Source of the DNA: Eledone cirrhosa
Lineage: Eukaryota
DNA: 64,000 bases
NCBI GenBank assembly: GCA_964016885.1
Contig: OZ024762.1
Coordinates: forward strand, 7,068,001-7,132,000
Direction: 5' to 3'
Made by a program: the position numbers and the translations under genes. The notes beneath the pieces were generated by a model. The model was not told the origin of the DNA, did not search any database, and saw only the letters and a list, made by a program, of their open reading frames with translations. Positions 52,694 to 64,000 of this stretch are shown in pieces. Every line of letters starts with the position of its first letter. Within the stretch, counting starts at the first letter, position 1.

Positions 52694-53121
52694 CTATATA
52701 TATATGTATATCTATATGTACATATATATATATTTATATATATATATAGCCAAATCAGTTCCTGTACGAGCAAGGCATGGTCAGCCGACCAGACACTGCC
52801 CACAACAGGACAACCCGTCTAACCCATGCTAGAGTGGAAGAACGGACGTAAAACGGTGATGATGATGATGATGATGATGATATATATATATATAACGGAG
52901 GTGGTGAAAGCTGACCTCAGATCGCTGAAGCTCACAGAAGAGATGACAAAGGACCTTGATGAATGGAGAGATGCTGTGCTGAATAGGACCCGTCCCACCC
53001 TTGCAAGCAGGGAAAATCAGATGTAAAATGATGATGATGAGGTTGATGAACTATACATATATAATATATATATATATATAATATATATATATATACCCAT
53101 ATTTCACCCATAGGTCATCCT

Positions 53122-53163
<42 letters not shown>

Positions 53164-55123
53164 CGGCAGCGTAGTAAGTAAGGCAATCAGAGATATGAAG
53201 ATAGGGAAAGCAACCGGTCCATCGGGTATAGCTGCCGAGATGCTGAAGGCATCTGGGTCTGTAGGTCACACTATAACCACACGTATCGTTAACCAGGTAA
53301 TACTAGAGGGGGCCATACCAAAAGATTGGTGCAGTAGCATCATTGTCAACTGCTACAAAGGTAAAGGCGATGCACTAGATAGAGGAAACTATAGAGGTAT
53401 AAAGTTGATGGACCAGGTCATGAAAGTAACAGAAAGAGTTATAGCACAGCTGATTAGGGACCGGGTGAATATAGACGAGATGCAATTTGGGTTTGTTCCA
53501 GGGAAAGGCACCACTGATGCGCTCTTCCTTGTGAGGCAATTACAGGAAAAGTACCTAGCTAAAAGTAAGCCACTCTACTTGGCATTTGTCGACCTTGAGA
53601 AAGCCTTTGACAGAGTTCCACGTGCAGTAATCTGGTGGGCTCTTAGAAAACTAGGAGTAGATGAATGGCTTGTGAAAGCGGTACAAGCCATGTATAGGGG
53701 AGCAGTCAGCAAAGTTAGGATTGGCGATGAGTATAGCGAGGAATTTAGCGTACAGGTTGGGGTCCACCAGGGCTCTGTTCTTAGCCCTCTCCTGTTCATC
53801 ATAGTCCTGCAGGCAATAACGGAGGAGTTTAAGACCGGATGCCCATGGGAACTCCTGTATGCTGATGACCTCGCACTCATAGCTGAATCTATGGTAGAAC
53901 TAGAGAATAAATTCCAAACCTGGAAGCAGGGACTAGAGAGAAAGGGCCTCAAAGTCAACATGACAAAGACTAAGGTCCTTATAAGTAGACGAGAAAACAG
54001 AACCCAGATCCCCTCAGGGAAATGGCCTTGCTCAGTATGTAGGAAAGGTGTAGGTAGGAACTCCATCCTTTGCCCCAAATGCAAACAATGGGTACACAAG
54101 AGATGTAGCGGGATCTCAGGAAGCTTAATTAAGAATGTAGGATTCACATGCAGCAGCTGTGCTGAAACAGCAAGCAAACAGCCACAGGAAACAAGTACCA
54201 CCAATCTCTGGGAGGGCCCTGTAGAAACAGTAGACAGCTTCTGCTACCTAGGTGACCGAATTAGCAACGGAGGTGGGTGCTCAGAAAGTACAATAACTAG
54301 GGTAAGAACGGGATGGAAGAAGTTTAGGGAACTACTACCACTGCTAGCTGCAAAAGGCTTCTCCCTCAGAATGAAAGGCAGACTGTATGATGCGTGTATC
54401 CGAACAGCGATGTTGCATGGTAGTGAGACCTGGGCGCTGAAGGTGGAAGACTTACGTAGATTAGAGAGAAACGAAGCCTGCATGCTCCGATGGATGTGTA
54501 ACAGTAATATACGTGAACGACAAAGCATAAATGAATTGAGAGAGAGACTGAGCATAAGAGGAATCAAATGCTGCGTGCAGGAGAGGCGGTTACGCTGGTA
54601 TGGACATGTGATGCGTATGAAGGATGACAGCTGCATAAAAAGGTGCAGAGCACTAGAAGTTGATGGAAACCGCGGAGTGGGGAGACCCAAGATGACTTGG
54701 GATGAGGTGATAAAAGCCGACCTTACCCAACTACACCTCTCAAAGTCAATGACACACGACCGTGACTTCTGGCGTCACGCAGTAATACAGGGTACCCGAC
54801 CTCCCATGGGTACATGCTGAAGCATATAAACAATATGCCCCCCCCCCCCCCCCCACCGCAAGGTGGTCGTGGAGGTGCCACGGCAAAAAAGCACCCAGCC
54901 CACACTGTAAAGTGGACGTGTAGGCGCCACGAAAAAGCACCCAGCACTCACTGTAAATGAGGTTGGTGTTAGGAAGGGCATCCAGCTGTAGAAATCAAGC
55001 CAGATCAGTTCCTGTATGAGCAAGGCATGGTCAGCCGACCAGACACTGCCCACAACAGGACAACCCGTCTAACCCATGCTAGCGTGGAAGAACGGACGTA
55101 AAACGGTGATGATGATGATGATG

Positions 55124-55124
<1 letters not shown>
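53164..55124 (+). mobile_element. young 5'-truncated RTE-clade LINE
   Basis: Uninterrupted RT frame, ~300-bp 3' UTR, (GAT)n tail, TA-rich tracts on both sides. Confidence 0.95.
53195..54820 (+). CDS. RTE-clade reverse transcriptase (endonuclease lost by 5' truncation) with an inserted PHD-type finger
   Basis: KATGPSG, NYRGIKL, QFGF, VRQLQEK, DLEKAFDRV, GVHQGSVLSPLLF, YADD, FCYLG, LRWYGHVMR and GRPK. The frame is open upstream to the truncation point, so the ATG is not the native start. Confidence 0.9.
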   Translation: MKIGKATGPSGIAAEMLKASGSVGHTITTRIVNQVILEGAIPKDWCSSIIVNCYKGKGDALDRGNYRGIKLMDQVMKVTERVIAQLIRDRVNIDEMQFGFVPGKGTTDALFLVRQLQEKYLAKSKPLYLAFVDLEKAFDRVPRAVIWWALRKLGVDEWLVKAVQAMYRGAVSKVRIGDEYSEEFSVQVGVHQGSVLSPLLFIIVLQAITEEFKTGCPWELLYADDLALIAESMVELENKFQTWKQGLERKGLKVNMTKTKVLISRRENRTQIPSGKWPCSVCRKGVGRNSILCPKCKQWVHKRCSGISGSLIKNVGFTCSSCAETASKQPQETSTTNLWEGPVETVDSFCYLGDRISNGGGCSESTITRVRTGWKKFRELLPLLAAKGFSLRMKGRLYDACIRTAMLHGSETWALKVEDLRRLERNEACMLRWMCNSNIRERQSINELRERLSIRGIKCCVQERRLRWYGHVMRMKDDSCIKRCRALEVDGNRGVGRPKMTWDEVIKADLTQLHLSKSMTHDRDFWRHAVIQGTRPPMGTC

Positions 55125-55158
<34 letters not shown>

Positions 55159-55189
55159 GTATGTATAAGTATATGTATGTTATGTTGGT

Positions 55190-55525
55190 ACCATGAAACA
55201 CCCAGCCTGTAAAGTGGTCGTGTAGGTGTCACAACAGAAAGCATCCAGCCCACACTGTAAAGTGGTTGTGTAAAAGTCACAGCAAAAAGCACCCAGCCCA
55301 CACTGTAAAGTGGTTGTGTAAAAGACACAGCAAAAAGCACCCAGCCCACACTGTAAATGTGGTTGGCGCAAGGAAGGGCATCTAGCCGTAGAAAACCAGC
55401 CAGAAACAGTCCTATATGGTGCGAGACACGGTCACCCGACTCAACTTGCCTCTAAATGGGACAAACCTGTCTAACCCATGCTATTGTGGAAGATAGACGT
55501 TAAACGATGATGATGATGGTGATGA
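55190..55525 (+). mobile_element. RTE 3' UTR-derived element with 51-bp internal repeats
   Basis: CACCCAGCCCACACTGTAAAGTGG repeated, with a (GAT)n tail. Similar copies at 17712-17890(-) and 57755-58100(-). Confidence 0.7.
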
Positions 55526-56270
55526 TAAAGACATTTGAAATATGTGTTCCAGTGCAAATCACTACAATAATAGTCGATCACTATATAAAATAGTTGGGAA
55601 TATCAGGTAAATTACACCTGGTGACAAGATAAAGCAGATAAGAAGCTAATCAAATACTAGGTGCTTGACTGTCTGATTCCTTTTTAAGCTGGTCATTGTC
55701 AACACAGTGTTCTTGGACCCTGAATTACTGTTTTCCTCTGCAAAATCAGGAAGAATCCTACCAGCCTGAAGAAGGAGCCCCGTAGGGATGGCTGGCTGTT
55801 GTAGCGGGTCTCACCGGCCATTATCTGAGGCAATGCCTTCATAATCTTGTCCACGGTGTGGTGGGGTGCAACTGAAACATCACACATAGAATGGGGGTAA
55901 AGAGTCTGTCACTCCCTCCCCCTTCTTTCCTTCGTCACGCCCCCCCCCCCCCGTCGTATTTTTTGTATGGTTAATTAAGCAGCCATTAACAGCTGATAAA
56001 TTAGTTGTTTTAGTGATAAGATGGAACATAGATATACCTACTAGTTCTTGTGGAGGCGGGCGGGTGTAGGGGGGGTGGGGTGGACTCCTTCACTCTACCC
56101 CACAACATTACTGCTGATAAACAACTAACTATACTTAGTACAACCTCCCACCTCTTCATCAACATAGATATACCAGTTTTAGGAGGGGAGGGTCCTATTT
56201 GAATAGCCCCCCCCCCCCCCCCAGCCCCCACCCCACCCTCTCCTACCATCTCACTGGAAACAACAACCAT

Positions 56271-56716
56271 TAAACCCCTCTTTTATACCAAACCACCTGA
56301 AACCAGCCCTAGTTCTATGATACACAAAACTGTTTATTTTAAAGTGTTTTATATATTATCTAAAAACCTACCATCATAACTTTATGTAAGAAATTTTGTA
56401 GTTCTGAACACCAGCTTAATAATGAAAACTATACTAAATCTCTCCAAATTCTTGATTATTTTCAAAATTATTAAAACATATATGCAGAGCCTAACATGAA
56501 AAATATGGTAACAAAAGGGTTAAAGTGTTTATATTTATCTAAAAACTTCCATCATAATTTTATGTAAGAACCTTTGTTATGTTATGTTCCAAACAGCAGC
56601 TTAATAATGAGAAAGTTAGTTATATTAGAAAATCTCTCAAATGTTTAATTATTTTCAAAATTATTAAAACACATATGGAATGTCAATCATGAGAAATATA
56701 GTAATGAAAGGGTTAA
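56271..56716 (+). mobile_element. AT-rich dispersed repeat ending AAGGGTTAA (piggyBac-like MITE family)
   Basis: TTATGTTCCAAAC..CAGCTTAATAATGAGAAAG recurs at ~5050-5490(-), 12335-12950(-), 17030-17300, 43350-43610, 44830-45100 and 63490-63725. Confidence 0.55.
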
Positions 56717-56789
56717 AGTGTTCAAATTAAAATTAATTATAATGAAATGACAGGAGGCTGGACTTGTGTAAATCCTTGAAAGGTTTATT

Positions 56790-56847
56790 ATACTATAATC
56801 ATTTCAATGACTGGGTTCCGTATGAATCCGGTGATATCATCAGGTAT
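56790..56847 (-). ncRNA. type I hammerhead ribozyme (second copy of 25152-25209)
   Basis: Core CTGATGA/GAAA/TA and stem I are identical to the first copy. Differences fall in stems II and III. Confidence 0.65.
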
Positions 56848-56904
56848 TCGAAATATAATAAGTGAACCTCAAACCTGAATATATATATATATATATAAAT
56901 ATAT

Positions 56905-57249
56905 GGAGGCACATGGCTTAGTGGTTAGAGCATTGGCCTTGCAATCGAAATGTTGTGAGTTCAATTCCCAGACCAGGTGATGTGTTGTTTCCTTGAGCAA
57001 GACACTTTATTTCACATTGCTCCAGTTTACTCAGCTGTAGAAATGAGATGATAGGGACTGGGGTCCCTATCATTCCACTGTAAAGTGGTCGTGGAGGTGC
57101 CACAGCAAAAAAGCACCCAGCACTCACTGTAAATGAGGTTGGTGTTAGGAAGGGCATCCAGCTGTAGAAATCAAGCCAGAATCAGTTCCCGTCCCACCCT
57201 TGCAAGCAGGGAAAAGTGGACGTAAAATGAAATGATGATGATGATGATA
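56905..57249 (+). mobile_element. CORE-like SINE with RTE-derived tail
   Basis: Near-identical to 22055-22390. Confidence 0.85.
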
Positions 57250-57449
57250 TATAATTGGTGTTGGATGCTTAAAGTGTCTGTATGCAGTAGGCCGTTTGAG
57301 CACTCGATGCTCTCATAGAGCAGAGTATAATATCACAGAAAAACAGTGATTCTCTTTTCTCCTGATATATATATATATATATATATATTAGAAAGTGAGG
57401 TTTTTTTTACAAAATGAAAAATAACCGAGGTGTCCTACACGAGTGGAAG

Positions 57450-57748
57450 TATAAAGAAAAAGAGATGAAATCGAAAATGCAACTTGAGTGTCTTATTTTT
57501 TTTAAAAATATATATATTTATTTGGTTCCTTTACCGGTTTCGCAGTTCTTCTGCTTTTCAAAAGTAGAGTTGAGATGGAGGGTCTGTGGTTTTTCTCACT
57601 GTGAGAAAAACCACAGACCCTCCATCTCAACTCACCTTTTGAAAAGCAGAAGAACTGCGAAACCGGTAAAGGAACCAAATAAATATATATATTTTTTAAA
57701 AAAATAAGACTTCAGTTGCATTTTCGATTTCATCTCTTTTACTTTATA
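57450..57748. repeat. ~300-bp near-perfect palindrome with a 1-nt centre (57600)
   Basis: ...GGTCTGTGGTTTTTCTCAC-T-GTGAGAAAAACCACAGACC... Each arm holds CAGAAGA-actgc-GAAACCGGTA. Confidence 0.9.
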
Positions 57749-58205
57749 TATATCATCATCATCATCATCATCAACGTTTAACGTCCGTGTTCCACGCTTG
57801 CATGGGTTTGGACGGGGGTAGTCCCACTTGAGGCAAGAGTGATTGTCTTGCTCGCATAGGACTGTCTGGCAGGTTTTCTACAGTTGGATGCCCTTCCTAA
57901 CAACAAACACATTTACAGTGTGGGTCTGGGAGGTTTTTACCGTGTTGCCTACACGGCCACATTACAGCGTGGACTGTGTGTTTTTTTGTCGTGACACCTA
58001 CACGATCTCATTTGTTTCGGCCTCGATGGCGCGGCACCAACATAACTTTACATAGAACGGGGTGGTGTGGATGGGGTAGGGGTGGTGGTGGTGGGACGGG
58101 GTGTATTTTGTTAGAGATGCCTACTGGCTGGAGTAGGTTTTACTATATATTTAGGTAAGGCAGGTCTTCTCTGTTACTGAGTACCGCCAAAGGTCTCGGT
58201 CCAGT

Positions 58206-58247
<42 letters not shown>

Positions 58248-58249
<2 letters not shown>

Positions 58250-58432
58250 ATAGTAGTCAGGACCCCGTCGGCTGAGCTCCAGCCATTTTGACAGCTACAT
58301 CTAGCTGTTGAATCATTCGGACCTCAGCAGTCGCGGTCCTGATTCTTTTCCTATTACCCACTCTACTACCCTAAATATTGAGTACTCTGGTGCGTTATGG
58401 TCCACCTGGTTTCTTACCAAACCCTCTTGGTT
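58248..58432 (+). mobile_element. TA-embedded cassette, family A (diverged)
   Basis: Tail CTACTACCCTAA.TATTGAGTACTCTGGTGCGTTATGGTCCA with a decayed hairpin. Confidence 0.6.
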
Positions 58433-58897
58433 ATATATGTATATAAATGTGAGTATATATATATACCTATATATGTATAACTATATATAGGTATATATAT
58501 CTATATACCTCTATATATATGTATATACATACATATATATATATATATGTATACCTATATATATATATATATATGTATATAAATACATATATATATATAT
58601 ATGTATACCTATATATATATATATATATACATACATATATATATATACCTATATATATATATATATATATATACATATATACCTCTATATATATGTATAT
58701 ACATACATATATATATGTATACATACATATATATATATATATTTGTATATATGTATGTGTATATATATATGTGTGTGTGTGTATATATATATATATATAC
58801 ACACACATACACACATATATATATATATATATGCATGTAAAAGGTAAACAGAAATAACAACACAATCGGTACAGTATATGGAAGGAATATATTAGGT

Positions 58898-59005
<108 letters not shown>

Positions 59006-59015
59006 TGTATATATA

Positions 59016-59149
59016 CGTTATTCCGGGTTGAATCGGAGGTAACCACAGTAAGTGAGGTACTCAATACATAGCAGAGTATAAAAGTTTTAATATAGATGAG
59101 ATTCTACAGGACTAGAACTGTTTCATTCATTAGAAATCATCAGGAATCT
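59016..59149 (-). mobile_element. family F cassette, single arm; hammerhead at 59099-59149
   Basis: Differs from 33195-33327 by one visible substitution. Ends exactly at hammerhead stem I. TA tracts on both sides. Confidence 0.7.
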
Positions 59150-59273
59150 ATATGTATATATATATATATATGTACATGCACTTATATATATATACATACA
59201 TATAATATGTATACTACATATATATATGGATATATATATATATACATATATATAATATGTAGTATACATATTA

Positions 59274-59312
<39 letters not shown>

Positions 59313-59422
59313 CTCATATATATGAGTATTTATTTATATATATATGTATGTATATATGTATAATTCATATATATATTATACATATATATATATATATTTA
59401 TGTGTGCGCATATATATATGTG

Positions 59423-59453
<31 letters not shown>

Positions 59454-59584
59454 AATATGTGTGTGTATATACACTACATACATATGAACTCTCTACAGGA
59501 CCCATAGTGGGCTGACATCTGTTCTTGTTAGTTTACTCTTTACACAACCTTTAGCACTGTTTCCCACCTCTCCCTCTCTCCTGC

Positions 59585-59740
59585 CCCCTCCCCACAGCCC
59601 AATCCCCACCCCTCACCACAGCCCAATCCCCACCCCTCACCACAACCCAATCCCCACCCCTCACCACAGCCCAATCCCCACCCCTCACCACAGCCCAATC
59701 CCCACCCCTCACCTCCCCAGAGCCCAATCCCCCACCCCTT
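59585..59740. repeat. 24-bp minisatellite x~6
   Basis: Unit CCACAGCCCAATCCCCACCCCTCA. Confidence 0.9.
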
Positions 59741-59821
59741 CAACAAGGTATATAACATGGAAACCCCACACTGGGGGATGACAGCACTGTTTTCTCACAA
59801 AACATTCATTGCTCTCATTGC

Positions 59822-59822
<1 letters not shown>

Positions 59823-59886
<64 letters not shown>

Positions 59887-59977
59887 TCCCTGTGTGTGAG
59901 TGAGTGTATATGTTTGTATGAGTATGTATGTGTGTGCATTAGTGCAAATGTGTATGTATATGCATGTATGTTTGAGC

Positions 59978-60011
<34 letters not shown>

Positions 60012-60029
60012 GTGTGTGTGTGTGTGAAT

Positions 60030-60064
<35 letters not shown>

Positions 60065-60167
60065 TCCCTGTGTGTGAGTGAGTATTTGTGTGAGTGTATA
60101 TGTTTGTATGAGTATGTATGTGTGTGCATTAGTGCAAATGTGTATGTATATGCATGTATGTTTGAGC

Positions 60168-60217
<50 letters not shown>

Positions 60218-60353
60218 GTGTGTGTGTGAATGAGTGTGTGTGAATGGCTTTGAGCAAATCAGTGTATGTATGTGTGTGAATGAGTGTGTTTGTGTATGTA
60301 TGTGTGAAAGTATGTGTGTATGTGTATGTATCTATATGTTTGTATGTGTGAGT

Positions 60354-60400
<47 letters not shown>

Positions 60401-60598
60401 CGTATGTGTGTGAATGAGTGAGTTTGTGTATGAATGTGTGTAAGTATGTATGTATGTGTATGTATATATATGTATGTATGTGTGAGTGTATATATATATA
60501 TATATGTGTGTGTGCGTATGTGTGTGAATGAGTGAGTTTGTGTATGTATGTGTGTAAGTATGTATGTATCTGTATGTATATATATGTATGTGTGAGTG

Positions 60599-60640
<42 letters not shown>

Positions 60641-60909
60641 CATATGTGTGAATGAGTGTGAAAGGCTGTAAACAAATCAGTGTATGTATGTGTGTAAGTA
60701 TTATGTATGTATATGTGTATGTATATGTATGTGTGAGTGTATATATATATATGTGTGTGTGTATGTATATGTATGTGTGTGTGTGTATGTATATGTATGT
60801 GTGTGAGTATGTATGTATATATATGTGTATGTATATGTATGTGTGTGTGAGTATGTATGTATATATATGTGTATGTATATGTATGTGAATGAGTATGTAT
60901 GTATATATA

Positions 60910-60949
<40 letters not shown>

Positions 60950-61270
60950 AGTATGTATATATATATGTGTGTGTATGTATATGTATGTGTGTGTGAGTAT
61001 GTCTGTATATATATGTGTATGTATATGTATGTGTGTGTGAGTATGTATGTATATATATGTGTATGTATATGTATGTGAATGAGTATGTATGTATATATAT
61101 GTGTGTGTATATATATATATATATATGTGTGTGTGAGTATGTATATATATGTGTGTGTGTATGTATATGTATGTGTGAGTGAGTATGTATGTATATATAT
61201 GTGTGTGTGTGTATATATATGTGTGTGTGAGTATGTATATATATATGTGTGTGTGTATGTATGTGTACAT
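59823..61270. repeat. (TG)n/(TA)n compound microsatellite with internal duplications
   Basis: Visible directly. Confidence 0.95.
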
Positions 61271-61646
61271 GTGTCATCCCTTTAGGGTATCCCCCAATAT
61301 GTCTCCATGATTCACTCACTACACACACTACAAATCTTGTTTTGATATTATCATCATGTCATCATCATCATCATCATCATATTATGGCAGCCACACCCCT
61401 CTCTCTCTCTCTCTCTCTCTCTCTTGCTATATATATATATATATATATATATATAGCGAGATATATATATATATATATAGGTTATTCAGTAATTTAAAGA
61501 AACTTCATTTCATTCTTCATATATATTTATATCTATATATATATATATTTGTATGTATGTATGTATATGTGCGTGCAGGTATACTATACACACACACACA
61601 CGCACACACGCACACACACATGCACACACATGCACGCACACACACA

Positions 61647-61701
<55 letters not shown>

Positions 61702-61821
61702 TATGTAATAAACAATCCAATATAATTATTCCATTACCCAAGGTTTCACCAAGTTAGAAGCTCTGTACTAAACATAGAGCACTCTTCTTTCCTTTACCTT
61801 TTCGACGGAAATACTTCATAT

Positions 61822-62358
61822 CATCATTCATCATCATTTTACGTCCGCTTTTCCCTGCTTGCAAGGGTGGGACGGGAACTGATTCTGGCTTGATTTCTAC
61901 AGTTGGATGCCCTTCCTAACACCAACCTCATTTACAGTGAGTGCTGGGTGCTTTTTTGCCATGGCACCTACACGACCACTTTGCATTGGAATGATAGGGA
62001 CCCCAGTCCTATCATCTCATTTTTACAGCTGAGTAAACTGGAGCAATGTGAAATAAAGTGTCTTGCTCAAGGAAACAACACATCACCCGGTTTGAGAATT
62101 GAACTCACAACCTTTCGATTGTAAGGCCAATGCTCTAACACAGTGAGTGGTGGGTGCTTTTTTGCCATGGCACCTACACGACCACTTTGCAGTGGAATGA
62201 TAGGGACCCCAGTCCTATCATCTCATTTTTACAGCTGAGTAAACTGGAGCAATGTGAAATAAAGTGTCTTGCTCAAGGAAACAACACATCACCCGGTTTG
62301 AGAATTGAACTCACAACCTTTCGATTGTAAGGCCAATGCTCTAACCACTAAGCCATGT
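61822..62358 (-). mobile_element. CORE-like SINE with an internal ~200-bp duplication
   Basis: Reverse complement of 56905-57249. 61935-62138 is repeated at 62140-62345. Confidence 0.85.
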
Positions 62359-62377
62359 GTCTATATATATTATATAT

Positions 62378-63283
62378 TCTATGCCCCAAATGCAAACTAT
62401 GGGTACATAAAAGATGTACCCACAGGCAAGCTATCTAAGAAAGTAGGTTTTATATGTGGCCGATGCTCAGGTACAATAATTAGTAAGTGCCCACAGGATA
62501 CTAGCTCCTTCTACTGCCCAGATGGTTCTATTGAAATAGTGGACACTTTCCATTACCTGGGTGACAAAATCAACTGTGGTGGAGGTTGCTCTGAAAGTAC
62601 AGTAGCCAGAGTCAGAACAGGATGGAAAAAGTTCTGAGAGCTTATACCACTATTGGCCACAAAAGGTTTCTCTCTAAAAATGAAAGGCAGATTGTATGAT
62701 GCTTGTATACAGCAATGTTAATATACAGATGCTTGTATACGAACAGCAATGTTCGTATACAGATGCTGTTTACTTGACAGAGGATTACGTTGGTATGGTC
62801 ATGTGAAGCACATGAAAGACGACAGCTGTATAAAAAAGTGCAGGGCAATCAAAATTGATGGTAGTTACGGAGTAGGTAGACCGAGAAAAACCTGGGACGA
62901 CATGATAAATTCTGACCTTGCACACTTCCACCTCTCTAAGACAATGTCACTGGACCGAGATCTTTGGCGCCACGCAGTAATACAGAAGACCCACCTTCCC
63001 TTATGTACGAAGTCAAACCTACAGTCAGTAGGCATCTCTTAACCAAATATACACCCCACACAACCCTTTCTCTGTAAAGTTATGTTGGTACCACAGAACA
63101 TCCAGTCCACACTGTAAATATGGTTGGTGTTAGGAAGGGCATCCAGCCGTAGAAAACCTGCCAGATAGTCCTATACGAGCGAGACACGGTCACCCGACCA
63201 ATCTTGCCTCAAGTGGGACAATCCCGTCTAACCCATGCTAGCGTGGAAGATGGATGTTAAACGATGATGATGATGATGATGAT
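62378..63283 (+). mobile_element. older diverged copy of the PHD-bearing RTE family, with frameshifts and an internal deletion
   Basis: LCPKCKLWVHKRC...FICGRC...VDTFHYLGD..RVRTGWKKF...LRWYGHVKHMKDDSCIKKC, followed by a (GAT)n tail. Confidence 0.85.
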
Positions 63284-64000
63284 ATATATGTGGGGGGGGG
63301 GGGTATGATGAATGTATGTATTTGGGTATATATGTATATATGCGTGTGTGGGGGGAGTATGTATATATATATATATATATGTGTGTGGGGTGGAGTATGT
63401 ATGTATATATATATGTATATATATATGTGTGTGTGTGTGTGTGTTTTACATCTTTAATCTAATGAAAATGTTAGAGATTTTTTTTCCATTTTTTTCCATA
63501 CTACATGACCGTTAAAATCTTCCAACATAATTTTATACAAGAACCATATGTTTAGTTATTATCTTAGTAATGAAATTATTCATAACTTTTGCAAATTGCC
63601 CCCCAAAACTTTTCATAAATCATATGAAATCCTCTTTATTTCATTAGAAATACTGTCAGGATGAGCTAAAGTTCTGTACATTAAAATCTTTCGACATAAC
63701 TTTATATAAGAACCATATGTTAAGTTAGAGGGCTGGACTTTCACTTGCTAAGGCCCTAGCTATATAAAATTTAAGACCCTTCTCTAAAAAAATTCAGAGT
63801 AGAAAATTTTAAGTAATTATACATGTTTATTATTTTTTATATTAATATTAATGATAAAGAATAAATTATATGTATGTATGTATAATAATAATATATATAT
63901 ATAATATATGTATATATGTATATATATATATGTATATGTATATATGTATATGTATGTATGCATGTAAGTATATGTATATATGTATATGTATGTGTATGTA

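Noticed and set aside
53575-54690. Antisense ORFs (209 aa, 148 aa) over the RTE
   Set aside because: Shadow frames of the RT coding strand with no motifs.

Overview
Eukaryotic, AT-rich, microsatellite-saturated DNA whose repeat types fit a coleoid cephalopod such as Octopus (inferred). Almost all ORFs in the track are microsatellite artefacts. The only long real reading frame is a young, 5'-truncated RTE-clade LINE (53164-55124). Its RT carries an inserted C4HC3 PHD-type finger, and a near-identical shorter copy lies at 18602-19306. The rest of the window holds two tRNA-headed SINE families (one with a CORE-like centre and RTE-derived tails), decayed RTE/CR1/Tx1/mariner relics, hAT, pogo-, mariner- and piggyBac-type MITEs, minisatellites, and a few candidate micro-exons of an unidentified host gene. 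The most striking signal is a dense set of short non-coding cassettes, mostly next to (TA)n tracts. They carry about ten type-I hammerhead ribozyme motifs from several unrelated families and about eight fold-back palindromes, several with a shared tail motif. They most likely represent minimal Penelope-like/retrozyme-type retroelement insertions. All structures were read by eye and none were computed.
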